DNA of 64,000 nucleotides from Lophium mytilinum (Eukaryota): NCBI GenBank assembly GCA_010093605.1, contig MU004200.1, positions 682,001 to 746,000 of the forward strand, read 5' to 3'. Shown piece by piece: positions 62,262 to 64,000 of this stretch (position 1 is its first letter; each line of letters starts with the position of its first letter). The notes under the pieces were generated by a model. It saw only the letters and a program-made list of their open reading frames with translations, ran no database searches and was not told where the DNA came from. The position numbers and the translations under genes were made by a program.

Positions 62262-64000
62262 AAGTGCCTGTCTCCCAGACCTCTGGGACTGTCTAGTTCG
62301 GTTCGAATAGCAAAGAAACGATAAAAACGGCTCCCGGGAGGTTATCTTTGTACCTTTTAGCGAAACTAGGCACGGCGTTCATCGAGCTCTCTAATTTGCC
62401 AAGCCAAGGTTGCGAAACACTCCGATGACGCCCACGACTGTTGACGAAGTTTGACGATTTCTCTCAACTGCGAGCATCATTCAACTCTCACATCATACCC
62501 ATTATATCTTACGTCCCTTTTGCTGCCACCCTAAAACGATTTCTTTTCCTGTCAACACGCCCATGCATCGTGCTTCGGTACAATATGCAATTGCTCCCAA
62601 ACTCTACATCCTCCATCGATTCTTCAAATTCGGGCGGAATTCTCCACAACATTCTGTTTGTCATATTTTACGAACCAGACTGCAAAAAGAGGCTTCTTGT
62701 CACCCGCGAGGATTGAAACGACCTTTCACGACTTCACATCAAAGACTATACTGCCGCAGGGTGCCCGACGTTACTTAGAGTTGAGAATCCTTATGTTGCT
62801 TTCCTGTCTCTCTTCTCATAGCATGCGCCTCCCTCTGCTCCCCTAATCTTTTTCCTTGACTCTCTCTCTGGTTGGGTTTGTGCACACTACCCCTATTTGG
62901 TAACTCTGCTACAATTGGGTTCTGTCTATCATCGCACTTTGCTCTGGCAGATCTCAACGGTGCCGCTTTCTTCCTAGCTGTGCTGTGTTGTGTGTCATAC
63001 TGAGCAAGTCGGATTTTCCTACTACTATCTTTTCCACACAGCCTTTGCCTGGATTTTTCTTTCTGACAGGCTTTTTTGTCGAGGCCCCTGAAACGATGGT
63101 GTGCGTGTGTATTGGCTTTGGGGTCCTCTGCGTGCTTCTAGGCACGTGACAGATAGGGGTGGGGGTGGATGAGTGGGGGATTTTGCGACCTGGTGCTTAC
63201 GCGAGCAATATGCGCCTAGGGTCGAATCACCAGTGGAGTGGAGACGATGGTGGACTTCTTTCTTCGGTGGGCTGCTTGCTTGTGGGGGATGTGGGTGGGC
63301 TATGGGAATTGGAGTGATAGTTGGGGACCGAGATGGGGATTGGTTTCCCCCAATCTTTACGAACGGATCGACTCGGCACTCTTCACCTCTGTGACTGGAG
63401 AAAGCGAGGCTTCGACCCCGAGCTCTCGCCCCGCACCAGCAGCTACATATCCCGGCATAGCTTACTTCGACGCAAGCAAGCAAACCGTGGGAGATAGACT
63501 GAATCCAACAAACATGAATTAAAAAACGGTACCTCTGTTTTCCGGTGAATTACGATATTCTTCCATACTCACTCACGCGTTTTATTACGACTATTAGCCC
63601 CAGTATTCCCCTTCTCTTCTCGATGTCTATCATTCCTCATAGCTATCGTCTTCGACTCGACACTGGCGACGTAAACAGCGTGCTAGTAGTCTTCGTTTCC
63701 TAAGTTTGCTATGGCGACCCCTCAAACCGCTACGACGCCTTTCTTCTCTGAAGGGTGCTATCTAAGTAAATGACTTGAGAGAAAGAAAAGGTAGTGACGG
63801 TTTGAGTAGAGAGTTCGGAGATCACGCAATGTGAGGTCGGAATCTCCTGTGTGGGGATGGGTGTGAGATATCCACTCGCCGCGTGTTTTTTTCCCGCCCT
63901 GGTACTGTTTCGACTAACATCACCCGCGAACGGAGGATGACTATGAGCTGCTCCGCCTTTTTCGATAATCGCGAACCGGTAACGCGTGGGCAAGTAGAAA

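Noticed and set aside
62441..64000. Short ORFs at the right end
   Set aside because: No recognisable protein; cannot be resolved without the adjacent window.
1..64000. tRNA, rRNA, LTR retroelement or secondary-metabolite backbone genes
   Set aside because: None recognised by eye; tRNAscan-SE and Infernal would be needed to exclude small RNAs.

Overview
Gene-dense window from a filamentous ascomycete, judged from short spliceosomal introns with CTRAY branch sites; it resembles a Dothideomycete, but the species cannot be named. It holds about 24 protein-coding loci. Conserved housekeeping genes include an Nvj2-like PH/SMP protein, POP7/RPP20, LIP2, a VPS64/ham-4-like FHA protein, ERG4, a PA-RING E3 ligase, an aquaporin, RHO3, CWC25, CSN2 and an otubain. 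Accessory-type loci include an SDR-P450 divergent pair, two Git3-like GPCR paralogs, a TPR protein with a degenerate SET domain, an RBR ligase with a frameshift, and a Zn2Cys6 TF-MFS-histidine phosphatase trio. Three unexplained structures stand out. (1) A family of degenerate ~100-115 bp tandem-unit repeats (core GATCTAACCGCG...YAGACGCGGAGG) occurs at three loci, ~43.1-43.5 kb (inverted), ~50.0-50.2 kb and ~52.0-53.0 kb. (2) Between the last two arrays lies a head-to-head pair of small Cys-rich paralogs (CC-x2-C-x4-CCC-x8-C-x4-C), one intact and probably secreted, the other carrying an in-frame TAA. (3) An intact 348-bp TA-flanked MITE with perfect 21-bp TIRs lies at 1032-1379. No rRNA, tRNA or CRISPR array was recognised. 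All gene models were assembled by eye, and family names come from motif recognition rather than database searches.
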